From the NCBI GenBank assembly GCA_965240325.2, contig OZ251228.1:248001-312000 (forward strand): 64,000 nt of DNA, written 5' to 3'. The DNA comes from Rebecca billardiae RCC1528 (lineage: Eukaryota; Protista; Haptophyta). Below the pieces are notes generated by a model that was not told where the DNA came from, searched no databases, and saw nothing but the letters and a program-made list of their open reading frames with translations. Positions 11,615-21,849 of the stretch are shown piece after piece (the first letter of the stretch is position 1; every line of letters begins with the position of its first letter). A program made the translations under genes and the position numbers.

Positions 11615-11686
11615 CGCCTTTTTCCCCGGGAGCGCGAGACTCACGAACGGGAAAACTCCAAGCGGATTGAGGATGCCTAATGCGGC

Positions 11687-13075
11687 ATGCGCCTTCCCCT
11701 CGTCGTGCTTGCCTGCGCGCCGTGCGTCATCCCCAGCCTCGGGGTGGCGGGGGTGCGCGCGGAGCAGCAGCCGCGCGAGCGCTTCACTGTCTTCACGCGG
11801 CTGCACTACGACATGCCATACCTGCACCGCTTTGTCGACTGGTACGTCAGCCTTGGCTTCGACCGCATCGTCGCGATCCAGTCGGACGCGGCGCTGGGCA
11901 ACACATACGCGCCCCACCCATCGGGCAAGCTGCAGATTCTGCCTGCGCCGTGGGATAGGGGAGACGAACTGCTACGCGAGTTTGGCCCGTACATCAAAGA
12001 CCCCCGCGACTGGGTCCTCATGGTAGACTCTGACGAGTTCCTCGTGCTCTCAACGCCCACGATCCAGGAGTACGTCGCCACGTTGCGCGCCAGGCGTCAG
12101 AGGAAGCTCTCGACGATGCAGTTCCGCTGGGCCATCGTGCACCACGACCGGCCGTACTGCGCGCCGTCAATGGCGTCAGCCATCCTCGCGGCACAGCCCG
12201 CGCAGGGCACGTTCGTGAGGCAGATGGCGCGCGGCGCCGTGATCCGTGACGTTTACGACTCGCACCGCTTCGCGCTCATCTCAAAGGGTGCGCACAATTA
12301 CTTCGAGGGCGTGGTGCAGCTGATGGCGAAACGCCGGTTCCGCGCGTCGTACACGCACTCCCGCCGCGCGTTCGTGGACTCGGCGGTGGTGCACGTCGCC
12401 ACCCGCTCGCTCGCCAACGCGGTGACCAAGAGCATTGCGCACGCGCGCGGCCGCTCTGCGCGCCCCACCAACGAGTCAGGGCTTGGCGCGCTCGAGTACA
12501 GGTACAACACCTCCACTGCCGGGCTGGTGCGGCTCATGCACGAGCTCGGCGCGCACACGCGGCCGCCGCCGCCCGGCACTGACGTCGCAGACCGCCCCGT
12601 GGGCCTTTCCGTGGCCGACCGAGCCGCGCAGCTGCAGCTCTTTGCCGCCTGGCTGCGCGCGTACGGTATCAAGGGCGGCGACGCGATCAGCGGGCCGACC
12701 TCGCTGCGGAGAGGCGACATGGCGGCGCGGGACTGCGGCTACAACCAGGCCGACCTGAACGCGCGCCTGCTGCGCCTGCTCGAGACCTCTCGCGTGCCCC
12801 GCGAGCAGCCCCTGTGCGACGCCGCGCACGAGAAGCGCGCGCTGGAGGCGCTGCTGCGCACTGAGGGTGTGGCCATCGGCGAGTTCGAGCGCTTCGCCGC
12901 GCTGGTGGCGAACGCGCACGCGGAAGTGCTCGGCGCGGTGCGGCAGAACCCCTTTGCGCCGCTACCCGCGGAGATCCAGGCCATCCTGCGCGATGACACC
13001 TCCGTGCTGACCCGGCTCGCGGCCGCGCCGACAGATGATGCCAACAAGCCGTTGCCGTCCCACTGCACCGATTGA
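11687..13075 (+). CDS. Glycosyltransferase, GT92 / GT2-like (GT-A fold), intronless
   Basis: Signal/anchor MRLPLVVLACAPCV, then YDMPYLHRFVDWYVSLGFDRIV and a DxD-containing DWVLMVDSDEFLV motif. Confidence 0.8.
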   Translation: MRLPLVVLACAPCVIPSLGVAGVRAEQQPRERFTVFTRLHYDMPYLHRFVDWYVSLGFDRIVAIQSDAALGNTYAPHPSGKLQILPAPWDRGDELLREFGPYIKDPRDWVLMVDSDEFLVLSTPTIQEYVATLRARRQRKLSTMQFRWAIVHHDRPYCAPSMASAILAAQPAQGTFVRQMARGAVIRDVYDSHRFALISKGAHNYFEGVVQLMAKRRFRASYTHSRRAFVDSAVVHVATRSLANAVTKSIAHARGRSARPTNESGLGALEYRYNTSTAGLVRLMHELGAHTRPPPPGTDVADRPVGLSVADRAAQLQLFAAWLRAYGIKGGDAISGPTSLRRGDMAARDCGYNQADLNARLLRLLETSRVPREQPLCDAAHEKRALEALLRTEGVAIGEFERFAALVANAHAEVLGAVRQNPFAPLPAEIQAILRDDTSVLTRLAAAPTDDANKPLPSHCTD

Positions 13076-13537
13076 TGGGATCCGTTGCTGAATCAGCAGA
13101 TCGAGTCATCATCAGCGCATTCTGATCGATTGCTGATAACTCTGCTGATGATGACTAGCTCTGCTGAAAAAATTCAATAACATTGGCGGTTTATTTTTTG
13201 ACGACGTTAATATTATTATGGCCCGCGGTGCAGGGCGGAGCGCGCAGCGTGGAGCCCGCACCAGCGGGCCCGAACCACGTTTCAAAAAGATCTTTGATCA
13301 AGAAAAAAGGGACGGGGGGCGATTTTTAGGGCTGGCGGAGACCGAGTTTCGAGTTTTTGAGATCGCATAGAGAGGTCTATTAGGCCGAAAATAAGCGCGT
13401 CCAGCTGATTCCCTTAAGTAAAGTGCGATCTGGACGTCAGCTGGACGTGACATGAGTGTAACGGTTCGTTACGAGCGCGATTTTAAGTATGAGATTGCCG
13501 CCAACCGCCAACCGATAAAAACGGCAAGGCAAGGGCT

Positions 13538-13681
13538 CGGGAAACTTGATCACTTGTAAATGTGAATAGTAAAATGCTCTCCCCGAGCGCGCCTGTCGCC
13601 TCGCAGGCGCACGGGAAACTTGATCACTTGTAAATGTGAATGGTAAAATGCTCTCCCCGAGCGCGCCTGTCGCCTCGCAGG
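13538..13681 (+). repeat. Subterminal 74-bp tandem repeat (2 copies) inside the TIR of element 2, mirrored at ~16308-16451
   Basis: cgggaaacttgatcacttgtaaatgtgaat(a/g)gtaaaatgctctccccgagcgcgcctgtcgcctcgcagg starts at 13538 and 13612. Confidence 0.9.
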
Positions 13682-13773
13682 CCGCGCGTCTCGCCCTCTC
13701 CTCGCTCCGCTCTCCCCGAGGCTGAGCTCGCGGCCCGCCTGTCACCTCGCAGGCGCGCGCCACGGACACATGC

Positions 13774-14605
13774 GCGACGAGATCGCGGCGGGGGCGGCGA
13801 GATCGCGGCGGGGGCGACGGGCAACAACCTGCCCGCGGGCGCGTTCGTCACTCGAGGAGCAGCGCGCAAGGGCGAGCCGAGTCCGGAGCACGCGAGCTCG
13901 TCGCTCGCCGACCGGAGCAGAGCGCGCCGCCCGCCGCCGCCGAGCGAGCGGCGCGGCAGAGCTGATGAGCCGGATGCGCCCGGAGCTCGCGCGGCTGAAG
14001 GGCGAGCTCGAGCACGCGAGCTCGCGCCTCGACGCCGAGCGCGAGCTCCTCCTCAACTCGGTCGACGGCGGCGCGGAGGTCCGGCAGCAGCGTGAGGACT
14101 CACAGACAGTGTGAGTGAGCCGCGCGCAGCTCAGCCTGCCGCTGGCAGCCGCCGTCTTCGAGGCCGACGCGGCGGAGGAGGCGGCGGGCGACGAGATCGC
14201 GGCGGGGGCGGCGAGATCGCGGCGGGGGCGACGGGCAACAACCTGCCCGCGGGCGCGTTCGTCACTCGAGGAGCAGCGCGCAAGGGCGAGCCGAGTCCGG
14301 AGCACGCGAGCTCGTCGCTCGCCGACCGGAGCAGAGCGCGCCGCCCGCCGCCGCCGAGCGAGCGGCGCGGCAGAGCTGATGAGCCGGATGCGCCCGGAGC
14401 TCGCGCGGCTGAAGGGCGAGCTCGAGCACGCGAGCTCGCGCCTCGACGCCGAGCGCGAGCTCCTCCTCAACTCGGTCGACGGCGGCGCGGAGGTCCGGCA
14501 GCAGTGTGAGGACTCACAGACAGTGTGAGTGAGCCGCGCGCAGCTCAGCCTGCCGCTGGCAGCCGCCGTCTTCGAGGCCGACGCGGCGGAGGAGGCGGCG
14601 GGCGA
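13774..14605 (+). repeat. 414-bp tandem duplication in the left arm of element 2
   Basis: gcgacgagatcgcggcggggg starts at 13774 and 14188. ORFs 14115 and 14529 begin identically, 414 bp apart. Confidence 0.9.
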
Positions 14606-16800
14606 GCACGGCGGCGCGGTGGAGCAGGCGCGCACGCGCGGCGGCAGGCGCGACGCGCCGCTCGCCTCGTTCCACCGCCCCGAGCTCCGCTCCGCTAATA
14701 ATATGACCGCGTTCCGCGGTCTTTTTCCGTAGAACGAACGTAGTTCGGGGCCCGCGGCGCACCCTCCGTCGGCTGCTGTCTCAGTCTGACATGTGTAACA
14801 GTTCGCCTGAGCTGCCACCGCCAACTCAGTCACTGCCGCCCACCGGGCCGGCGGGCCGAGGACTGTCGCCGCGGGTCCGCGGGCCGCCGCGGGGACTAGC
14901 GGCCGGCGCGCGCGCGCAGGCAGGGCGAGAGGCGCTGGCGCGGCGCGAGCCGGCGCGTGCGCGCGAGCGGGCGCACCTGCTTGAGGTACTCGCCCTGCGC
15001 CATGCGCTCGACGACGGGCCGCTGGTCGCTCGTGCCGGCAGAGCGAGAGCGCGCGCCACTGCTGGCCCCGGCCTGCCGGCTGCGCAGCCTCGCACCGAGA
15101 CCGACCGAGCGGAGCTCGGGGCGGTGGAACGAGGCGAGCGGCGCGTCGCGCCTGCCGCCGCGCGTGCGCGCCTGCTCCACCGCGCCGCCGTGCTCGCCCG
15201 CCGCATCCTCCGCCGCGTCGGCCTCGAAGACGGCGGCTGCCAGCGGCAGGCTGAGCCGCGCGCCGGCTCACTCACACTGTGAGTCACACCCGCGGTCGCC
15301 TCGACGGCCAACTATCCACAGCTGCTCGAGCTGCTGGAGGGCGCCGCGACGATGGCGGCGCGGGCGCCCAGCGCGTCCGTTGCCGCGTCGCTCAGCTCGT
15401 CGAGCTCGGCGCCGCACTTCGCCAGCTTGGCGCCTAGCGCCTCCGCGTGTCACGTGCTCGTGCACGTCAGCCTGCTGATACGCCGCCGCCCATCGGCACT
15501 TCTGGCATCTGCGCGCGCAGCTGCTGCAGCTCGACGGCGGAGTCGTCGCGGCTGGCGGCGAGGGTGCGCACCGCGTCGATTGCCGAGGCCTGCAGCCCGG
15601 TGATCGCCGCGTCGACGCGCGCGGCGATTTCCCCACGCAGCCTCCTCGCGCCACGTGGCCGCCGCTCGCGTGGCAGGCAGCTGGGCGCCGCTGCGCGACC
15701 CGGAACCGGCGCGCGTTTCACTGATGCTCCTGCTCGTCCTCACGCTGCTGCACCTCCGCGCCGCCGTCGACCGAGTTGAGGAGGAGCTCGCGCTCGGCGT
15801 CGAGGCGCGAGCTCGCGTGCTCGAGCTCGCCCTTCAGCCGCGCGAGCTCCGGGCGCATCCGGCTCATCAGCTCTGCCGCGCTGCCCGCTCGCTCGCAGCG
15901 GCGCGCTCTGCTCCGGGCCGCCGTCGACTGAGTTGAGGAGGAGCTCGGGCTCGGCGTCGAGGCGCGAGCTCGCGTGCTCGAGCTCGCCCTTCAGCCGCGC
16001 GAGCTCCGGGCGCATCCGGCTCATCAGCTCTGCCGCGCCGCTCGCTCGGCGGCGGCGGGCGGCGCGCTCTGCTCCGGTCGGCGAGCGACGAGCTCGCGTG
16101 CTCCGGACTCGGCTCGCCCTTGCGCGCTGCTCCTCGAGTGACGAACGCGCCCGCGGGCAGGTTGTTGCCCGTCGCCCCCGCCGCGATCTCGCCGCCCCCG
16201 CCGCGATCTCGTCGCGCATGTGTCCGTGGCGCGCGCCTGCGAGGTGACAGGCGGGCCGCGAGCTCAGCCTCGGGGAGAGCGGAGCGAGGAGAGGGCGAGA
16301 CGCGCGGCCTGCGAGGCGACAGGCGCGCTCGGGGAGAGCATTTTACCATTCACATTTACAAGTGATCAAGTTTCCCGTGCGCCTGCGAGGCGACAGGCGC
16401 GCTCGGGGAGAGCATTTTACTATTCACATTTACAAGTGATCAAGTTTCCCGAGCCCTTGCCTTGCCGTTTTTATCGGTTGGCGGTTGGCGGCAATCTCAT
16501 ACTTAAAATCGCGCTCGTAACGAACCGTTACACTCATGTCACGTCCAGCTGACGTCCAGATCGCACTTTACTTAAGGGAATCAGCTGGACGCGCTTATTT
16601 TCGGCCTAATAGACCTCTCTATGCGATCTCAAAAACTCGAAACTCGGTCTCCGCCAGCCCTAAAAATCGCCCCCCGTCCCTTTTTTCTTGATCAAAGATC
16701 TTTTTGAAACGTGGTTCGGGCCCGCTGGTGCGGGCTCCACGCTGCGCGCTCCGCCCTGCACCGCGGGCCATTATCGTCGACGACCTGAATTATATATATA

Positions 16801-16850
16801 TTAACGACGTGGTATGCAACGGGCAGGCGTCAGAGTCAGCAAGCTGTAGC
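16801..16850 (-). mobile_element. Diverged right-end fragment of the TTAACGAC MITE family
   Basis: ttaacgacgtggtatgcaacgggcaggcgtcag follows a (TA)n tract and resembles 39899-39940. Confidence 0.55.
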
Positions 16851-17028
16851 AGCAGATCGAGCAGCAGAGACAAACACCAGGATCAGCGCGTATATAATTA
16901 TATATATATAATTCGATCGTCGAATGCGGACCGGCCACCACGACGTCGACGACTACTCACTACTGCTGCGGACGACATCGCCACGTTGCGCGTCATATCA
17001 TATATATCATATATCGTGACGAGATAGT

Positions 17029-20000
17029 TTAACGTAGTCCGTCGTCGGCAACGATGCGGCCCGAGGAGGGTGCCTGGCGGCCGCTCAGCAGGCCGCGCAG
17101 CATGCCCATCGCGCCGCTGGCCGAGCCACCGCTCGCGTCGGCGCCGTCCGTACTCGGCGTCGCCGCGGGGGCAGCGGTGCCGGTGCGCTTGCCGGCGCCG
17201 CCGCTGCGGCAGCCTTCGCAGAACCAATCGCCGTCGGGCACGGCCTCGAGGGGCGGGCGGAGGCAGTAGAGGTGCACGGCCTGGTCGCAGCCATCGCACA
17301 GCAGCGTCGCCTCCGCGTCGTCGTTGCGCCGGCACTGGCGGCACGGCTGCGCCAGCAGCCGCGCGAGCTGCGCCGAGATGGCGCTGCCCTGCTCGAAGCT
17401 CGCGCCGCCTTTTGGCCGCCGGCTGCCGCCGATCGGCTTGAGGCCGACGCCGGCCGACGCCTTGCGGTCGGGCGCGCTGAAGCCGCCCGTGCAGTTGGGC
17501 GCTTCGCACCGGCAGCGCTGGCCGCCCGCCCACTCGCCCGTCCACTGCTCGCGCTCGCGCGCGCGGCGCGGGGCAGGCGGCGCCGGCACCGCGCGAGCGC
17601 GCGCGCGGCACGCAGCCCGTTGACGCGGCGGCGGGTGGTCTCGCGCGCGCGCGGTGTGTGCGTGTGCTGCCGGCGTGACGCGCGGCGCGGCCGCACCTCG
17701 ACGCGGTAGTTGTACGCCAGCTCCTCGCCGGGCGCGATGTCCCGCAGCGCGAACATCGCCAGCCGCGGCGAGCCGCTCACGAACCACTTCTGCACCTACG
17801 CACACGCACGCGCACGCGCGCGCCAGCGGGCGGAGGGGCGCAAGCGGTGTCACGGCGGCGGGCGAGCTCGGCGGCGCGCGGCTCGTGCGCGCGGACCATC
17901 GGAGCAGCGGCCCAGCGCAGCCCCGCCAGCCCTCGCCCCGCTGCGCACACGCACGCGCAGCACACGCACGCGCCTCGATGTTGGGCTCACACGAGTGGTT
18001 GATGAAGCGAGACGCGTTGCCCTTGAGCCGCGCGTCGACCACCAGGTCTCGCGAGAGGTGCATGAAGTACATCGGGCAGTACTTGGTCATGCCGCGGTTG
18101 CGCCGCCGCCACTCCGCCGCGTCGATCACCTCGCCGACGTACTCGACGACGAGCGAGCCGGCGCGGATCGGCGAGTCCGCGCGCACGCCCCACCCCTGCG
18201 CGCGGCGCGCGGGCGGCGCGTGCAGAGGGCGTGTGTGGCGGAGCTCGTCACGCGGCGCGGCGCACAGGGCGCGCGGCGCGCGCGCGGCGCGCGGCGCGCA
18301 CGGCGCCGCGCCGCGCGCGCGCCTTGTTGAGCGTCTTGAAGACGCTGATCGGCGCGCACATGTGGCGCTGGATGCGTCGGTTGGAGCAGTCCGGGCCGAC
18401 AGAGCAGGTGGCAGCCGAGCACTCGGCGCGGACGCTGCGGTTGAAGCAGCCCTCGTCGCAGCCGAGGTCGAGCGCGGCGCACGAGCACGGCTCGGCGGCG
18501 TCGTGCGCGCCGCCCGGCCCGACGCACTCGCGCGGCGCGAGCCACACCGAGCGCGTGATGTGCACGTACTCGCGAGGCTTGAAGCCGGTGGAGGCGTCGC
18601 ACCGCCCGCCCCGGAGCTCCTCGACGATCGAGGCGGGCAGGGCGAACTCGGTGGCGCCGGCGGCGCGAGCGCCGCCGGCGCGGCGCAGCGAGAGCGGCTC
18701 CCACGGGAAGGCGATCTCGGAGGACGCGCGCGAGAGCTCGAGCAGCTCGTGGTTCGTCGTCGCAGCGCGCGCGCGCGCGCGCGGCGGCGCGTCCTCCGCC
18801 TCATCGCTCTCGCCCGAATCGGCGGCGGTGGCGCGCCGGCCGCGCGCCGGCGGCGGCGGCGCGAATCGGAACGGCGCGAGCCCGCGGCGGCGCGCGTCGT
18901 GCGAGGCGCGCGCGCCCGCGCCGCCGCGCGACGCGAGCGGCTTCGCGCGGCTGCACTCGAGGCACAGCCCCGTGCCCAGCGTGATCAGCTCGAGCGCCGC
19001 GCTCCTCGGCGGGAGGCACGCGCGGTGGAAGCCAGTGCCGCAGCCAGTGCACAGGGCCATCGCCTGACCGTACTTGTTGTTCTCCGCCTCGCCGCACTCG
19101 CAGCACACGTGCGCCATGCACTCGAAGCGGGCGAGCGCCTCGCTCGCCGCCTCGCACGACGGCCCGTACAGCTGCCACCCGCGCTCGAGGCACGCGGCGT
19201 GGAAGTGCCGCGTGCACGACGCGCGTGCACACTTGCGCGCGCCGCCGGCCGCGCCGCGCGCGCCACCGTGCCGCCCGCGCGCGCCCGCGCCGCCCGGCGC
19301 GCCAGCCTCGTCGGGCGCGGGCGGCTCGTCAGCGCGCGCGGCGGCGGCGTCCGCCGGCTCGTCGCACTCGCCGCAAAGCACGCACCGGGACCGGCCGCGC
19401 GTGCAGTCGGGGCACACCCACGGCTCGTCGTCGGCGGCGGGTGGCTCTTCGTCGACCGCGCCGCCGGACAGCGTGTCGGCGCCAGTCGGCGGGCGCCCTC
19501 CAGGCTCCTCGCCCCCGCGCGCGCTGTGCCGGCCGCCGCGCGGCGCGCCGTCGCGCGCAGCGCGCTTGGGCGGCGGCTCGGCGGGGGCCTGCGCCAGCGG
19601 CGCCGCGCCCGCATCCTCGAGCAGCGGCGCGAGGCACGGCTGGTGGAAGGCGCGGCGGCACCGCCCCTCGCAGCACACCAGCTCGCCCACAGCGTGGCAC
19701 ACCGAGCACACGTCGTCGTTCTGGCGCAGGTCGTGCTGCCGCGCGTGCTTGCCGCGCCGCGCGTCCGACGGCTGCGCGTCCGACGGCGCGGGCGCGTGCT
19801 GCGCCCGCTGCTTGCCCCGGTGCAGCCGGCCGGACGACTTATCGATCCATTCGTCCCACTTGGGGCGCCACCCCTTGTAGTGCACCTTGACCATGCTCTC
19901 GGCGACGGCGATCACCTTGGCCGTGACCCACTCGGCGGTGAGGTCCATCGCCTCGACCGTCTCGCCGAGGCGGTAGTCGCCTGGCACGCTCTCGCCCCAG

Positions 20001-20206
20001 CCCCGGAACTTGCATAGGTGCCTCGCGTAGTCGGCGCGCTCGATCTTCATATCCCACTCGCGATCCCAACCGATGAAGTGGACGGTCACGGCGTCCGGGG
20101 ACGCGGCGGTGATGGTGGCGGGGTACCACACCCCGTTGATGTCGAGGGCCTCGACCGTCCGACCCACCGTCAGGTCGCTGGCGTCGACCGGAGCGCGGGG
20201 GTACAT
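17029..20206 (-). CDS. NSD/ASH1/SETD2-like histone-lysine (probably H3K36) N-methyltransferase: 2 Tudor/MBT-like, multiple PHD, AWS-SET-postSET, C-terminal PHD (introns 18196-18322, 17796-17973, 17545-17696)
   Basis: VHFIGWDREWD and VHYKGWRPKWDEWI Tudor-type motifs; C4HC3-type fingers; CSNRRIQ; KGWGVRA...EYVGEVI; KGNASRFINHSCEPN; GEELAYNY; CRCEAPNCTG; LLCDGCDQAVHLYCLRPPL..VPDGDWFC. Confidence 0.92.
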
Positions 20207-20360
20207 CGTGAGCAGCGCGCTGCTCTCAACGCGCGCGCGGCTGGCGCGGCACAAGTCCGGCGACGGGCCTCGGTCGCTCGGCTGCTTGTCCGGAATAAAC
20301 CATCATGGCTGCTCTTACAACCATGAACCATCAATAGCAAGGTTGACCGTTGGTCATCGG

Positions 20361-20804
20361 ATGGACAGCATCGACGCCCTCGTCCTCGCGTTCGCGGCGG
20401 AACGTCCGCAGGGCACGGGGGTTGAGGCTCGGATCATGGCGGTGTCCATGGTGGCGAAGGAGATGACGGAGACTGGTCCCAACATGCACGCAGGCCAAGA
20501 TGCTGCGTGCGAGCAAAACACCGGCAAAAACGTGCGCAAGGAGCAGGGCAAGGCAACAGGTGCCACGAGGTTGGGGAAGCGCGGCGCGGCGGCGGCGACA
20601 TGCGCGGGGAGTGAGCGTCGGCAGCAGGATGGCGACAGGCATCAACGATTGACCTCAACATCGCGCGGAGCCCGCAAGCCTGGAAACCTGAAGATGGCCA
20701 GACGGAGAGCCAAGCTGCCGCAGTACTGTGACGGCTCAGATGCGGAGGACCTGGCTTGGCTCCGAGAGCACCTGGGACATTGGGATCGCTTGGTGGCGCA
20801 GTGA
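20361..20804 (+). CDS. Hypothetical protein (147 aa), divergent from the SET gene
   Basis: ATG-initiated ORF MDSIDALVLAFAAE...DLAWLREHLGHWDRLVAQ with protein-like composition and no recognised domain. Confidence 0.35.
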   Translation: MDSIDALVLAFAAERPQGTGVEARIMAVSMVAKEMTETGPNMHAGQDAACEQNTGKNVRKEQGKATGATRLGKRGAAAATCAGSERRQQDGDRHQRLTSTSRGARKPGNLKMARRRAKLPQYCDGSDAEDLAWLREHLGHWDRLVAQ

Positions 20805-21577
20805 TGCTTCCATGCCTCGGCTCTCGAGCGTATTGACGGGCCGATGCTAGTGTCCGAGCGCGAGCGCCTTTCTGAGCGAAGTGCAGTGCCCGATGCCGCA
20901 TCGGTCTCGTCAGACTCAATCTGTCATCTGACCGCCGACGATTACTCAGTACAGAATGCTCTGATTATGAAAACCGCGCTAGCCCGGTAATTAATGGCAC
21001 CGCCTATAATCGGCTAATGGCCGAGAGATAGGACCCGTACCGGATAGGATCGCGGATGACCTTTAACATGCAGCAGGTGATGGCCTGCCATAGTACTACT
21101 GCTATGCGACGGTGTGACTACTTTTAAAGTAGATAACTACTTTAAAGTAATGCATCGCGGATTCGGCGCGCGGAGTTCACACGTCACTCCGTCACTCGGT
21201 CGACTGCGAGTGTGAGACGACAGCCGTGAGCAGGTCGTAGACGTACTTCTTAGTTCAGTCGTCAAGTTCGTCTAGTTGATGTTATTACAACTAGTCAGTA
21301 GTCACGCGTCGACCAATCAATGTGCTAAAGCACTATAAGCGGCCCGGCTGATGCTGGCCCTGCTGCTGACTAGCGCTAATGCAGTGGAGTTGGCGTTAAT
21401 ACTTCGGTTGGCCGCCAATGCCGGACGACGTCTCGGACTGAGCCTCGTCTGAGACGTCTCGCTCTTGGTCTCGGACTCTGGGCTCTCGCCGAATCTCGGC
21501 CGCTATCGAGTATCGGCCGGCTTATCGCAAATGCTAGTAGGGAGCATTGATCATAGGCGCTCGGCCGCGGCGGCCTC

Positions 21578-21775
21578 CGCCATCGCCACCGCTTGCCCCT
21601 CTCCGGGGCCCCAGGCCGAGGCGGTGCTCCATAATCCCGGCCCCGCCCCCGTAGGGGGCAGCCCCCGTAGGTAGGGGCAGGGCTGCAGGTGGTGCAGAGC
21701 CTGACCTGGTTAGTGGTTGGGTAAGTACGTACTAGCTATACGTGTCTGCTGCACTCAGCCTGACGCCTGCCCGTG
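21578..21775 (+). mobile_element. Diverged internal/right part of the TTAACGAC MITE family
   Basis: ccaggccgaggcggtgctccat..cccggccccg..cccgtagggggcagggctgc and gtgtctgctgcactcagcctgacgc match 61470-61625. Confidence 0.7.
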
Positions 21776-21790
21776 TGTGTCGGTGTGTCT

Positions 21791-21792
<2 letters not shown>

Positions 21793-21844
<52 letters not shown>
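21793..21844. repeat. (GT)n microsatellite
   Basis: Perfect GT dinucleotide run. Confidence 0.97.

Positions 21845-21849
<5 letters not shown>

Larger units (their letters stand above)
13220..16769. mobile_element. Foldback palindromic DNA element 2 with captured coding fragments; TSD ATTAT (or TTA if termini are TGGCC/GGCCA)
   Basis: 13220-~14070 is the near-perfect reverse complement of ~15920-16769. Inverted homology resumes at ~14510-14692 vs ~15107-15285. ATTAT is present at 13215-13219 and 16770-16774. Confidence 0.9.

Noticed and set aside
13323-13331. TTTTAGGG as a telomeric seed
   Set aside because: Single copy inside a TIR, with no tandem array.
13538-13750. Spaced direct repeats that might suggest a CRISPR array
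   Set aside because: Only two contiguous 74-bp copies plus a partial, no unique spacers, no cas genes, eukaryotic context.
13437-16552. Pairs of identical ORFs on opposite strands (e.g. 13437-13769 and 16220-16552; also 8622-9029 and 11149-11556)
   Set aside because: They are by-products of the inverted repeats, not duplicated genes. No recognisable domains.
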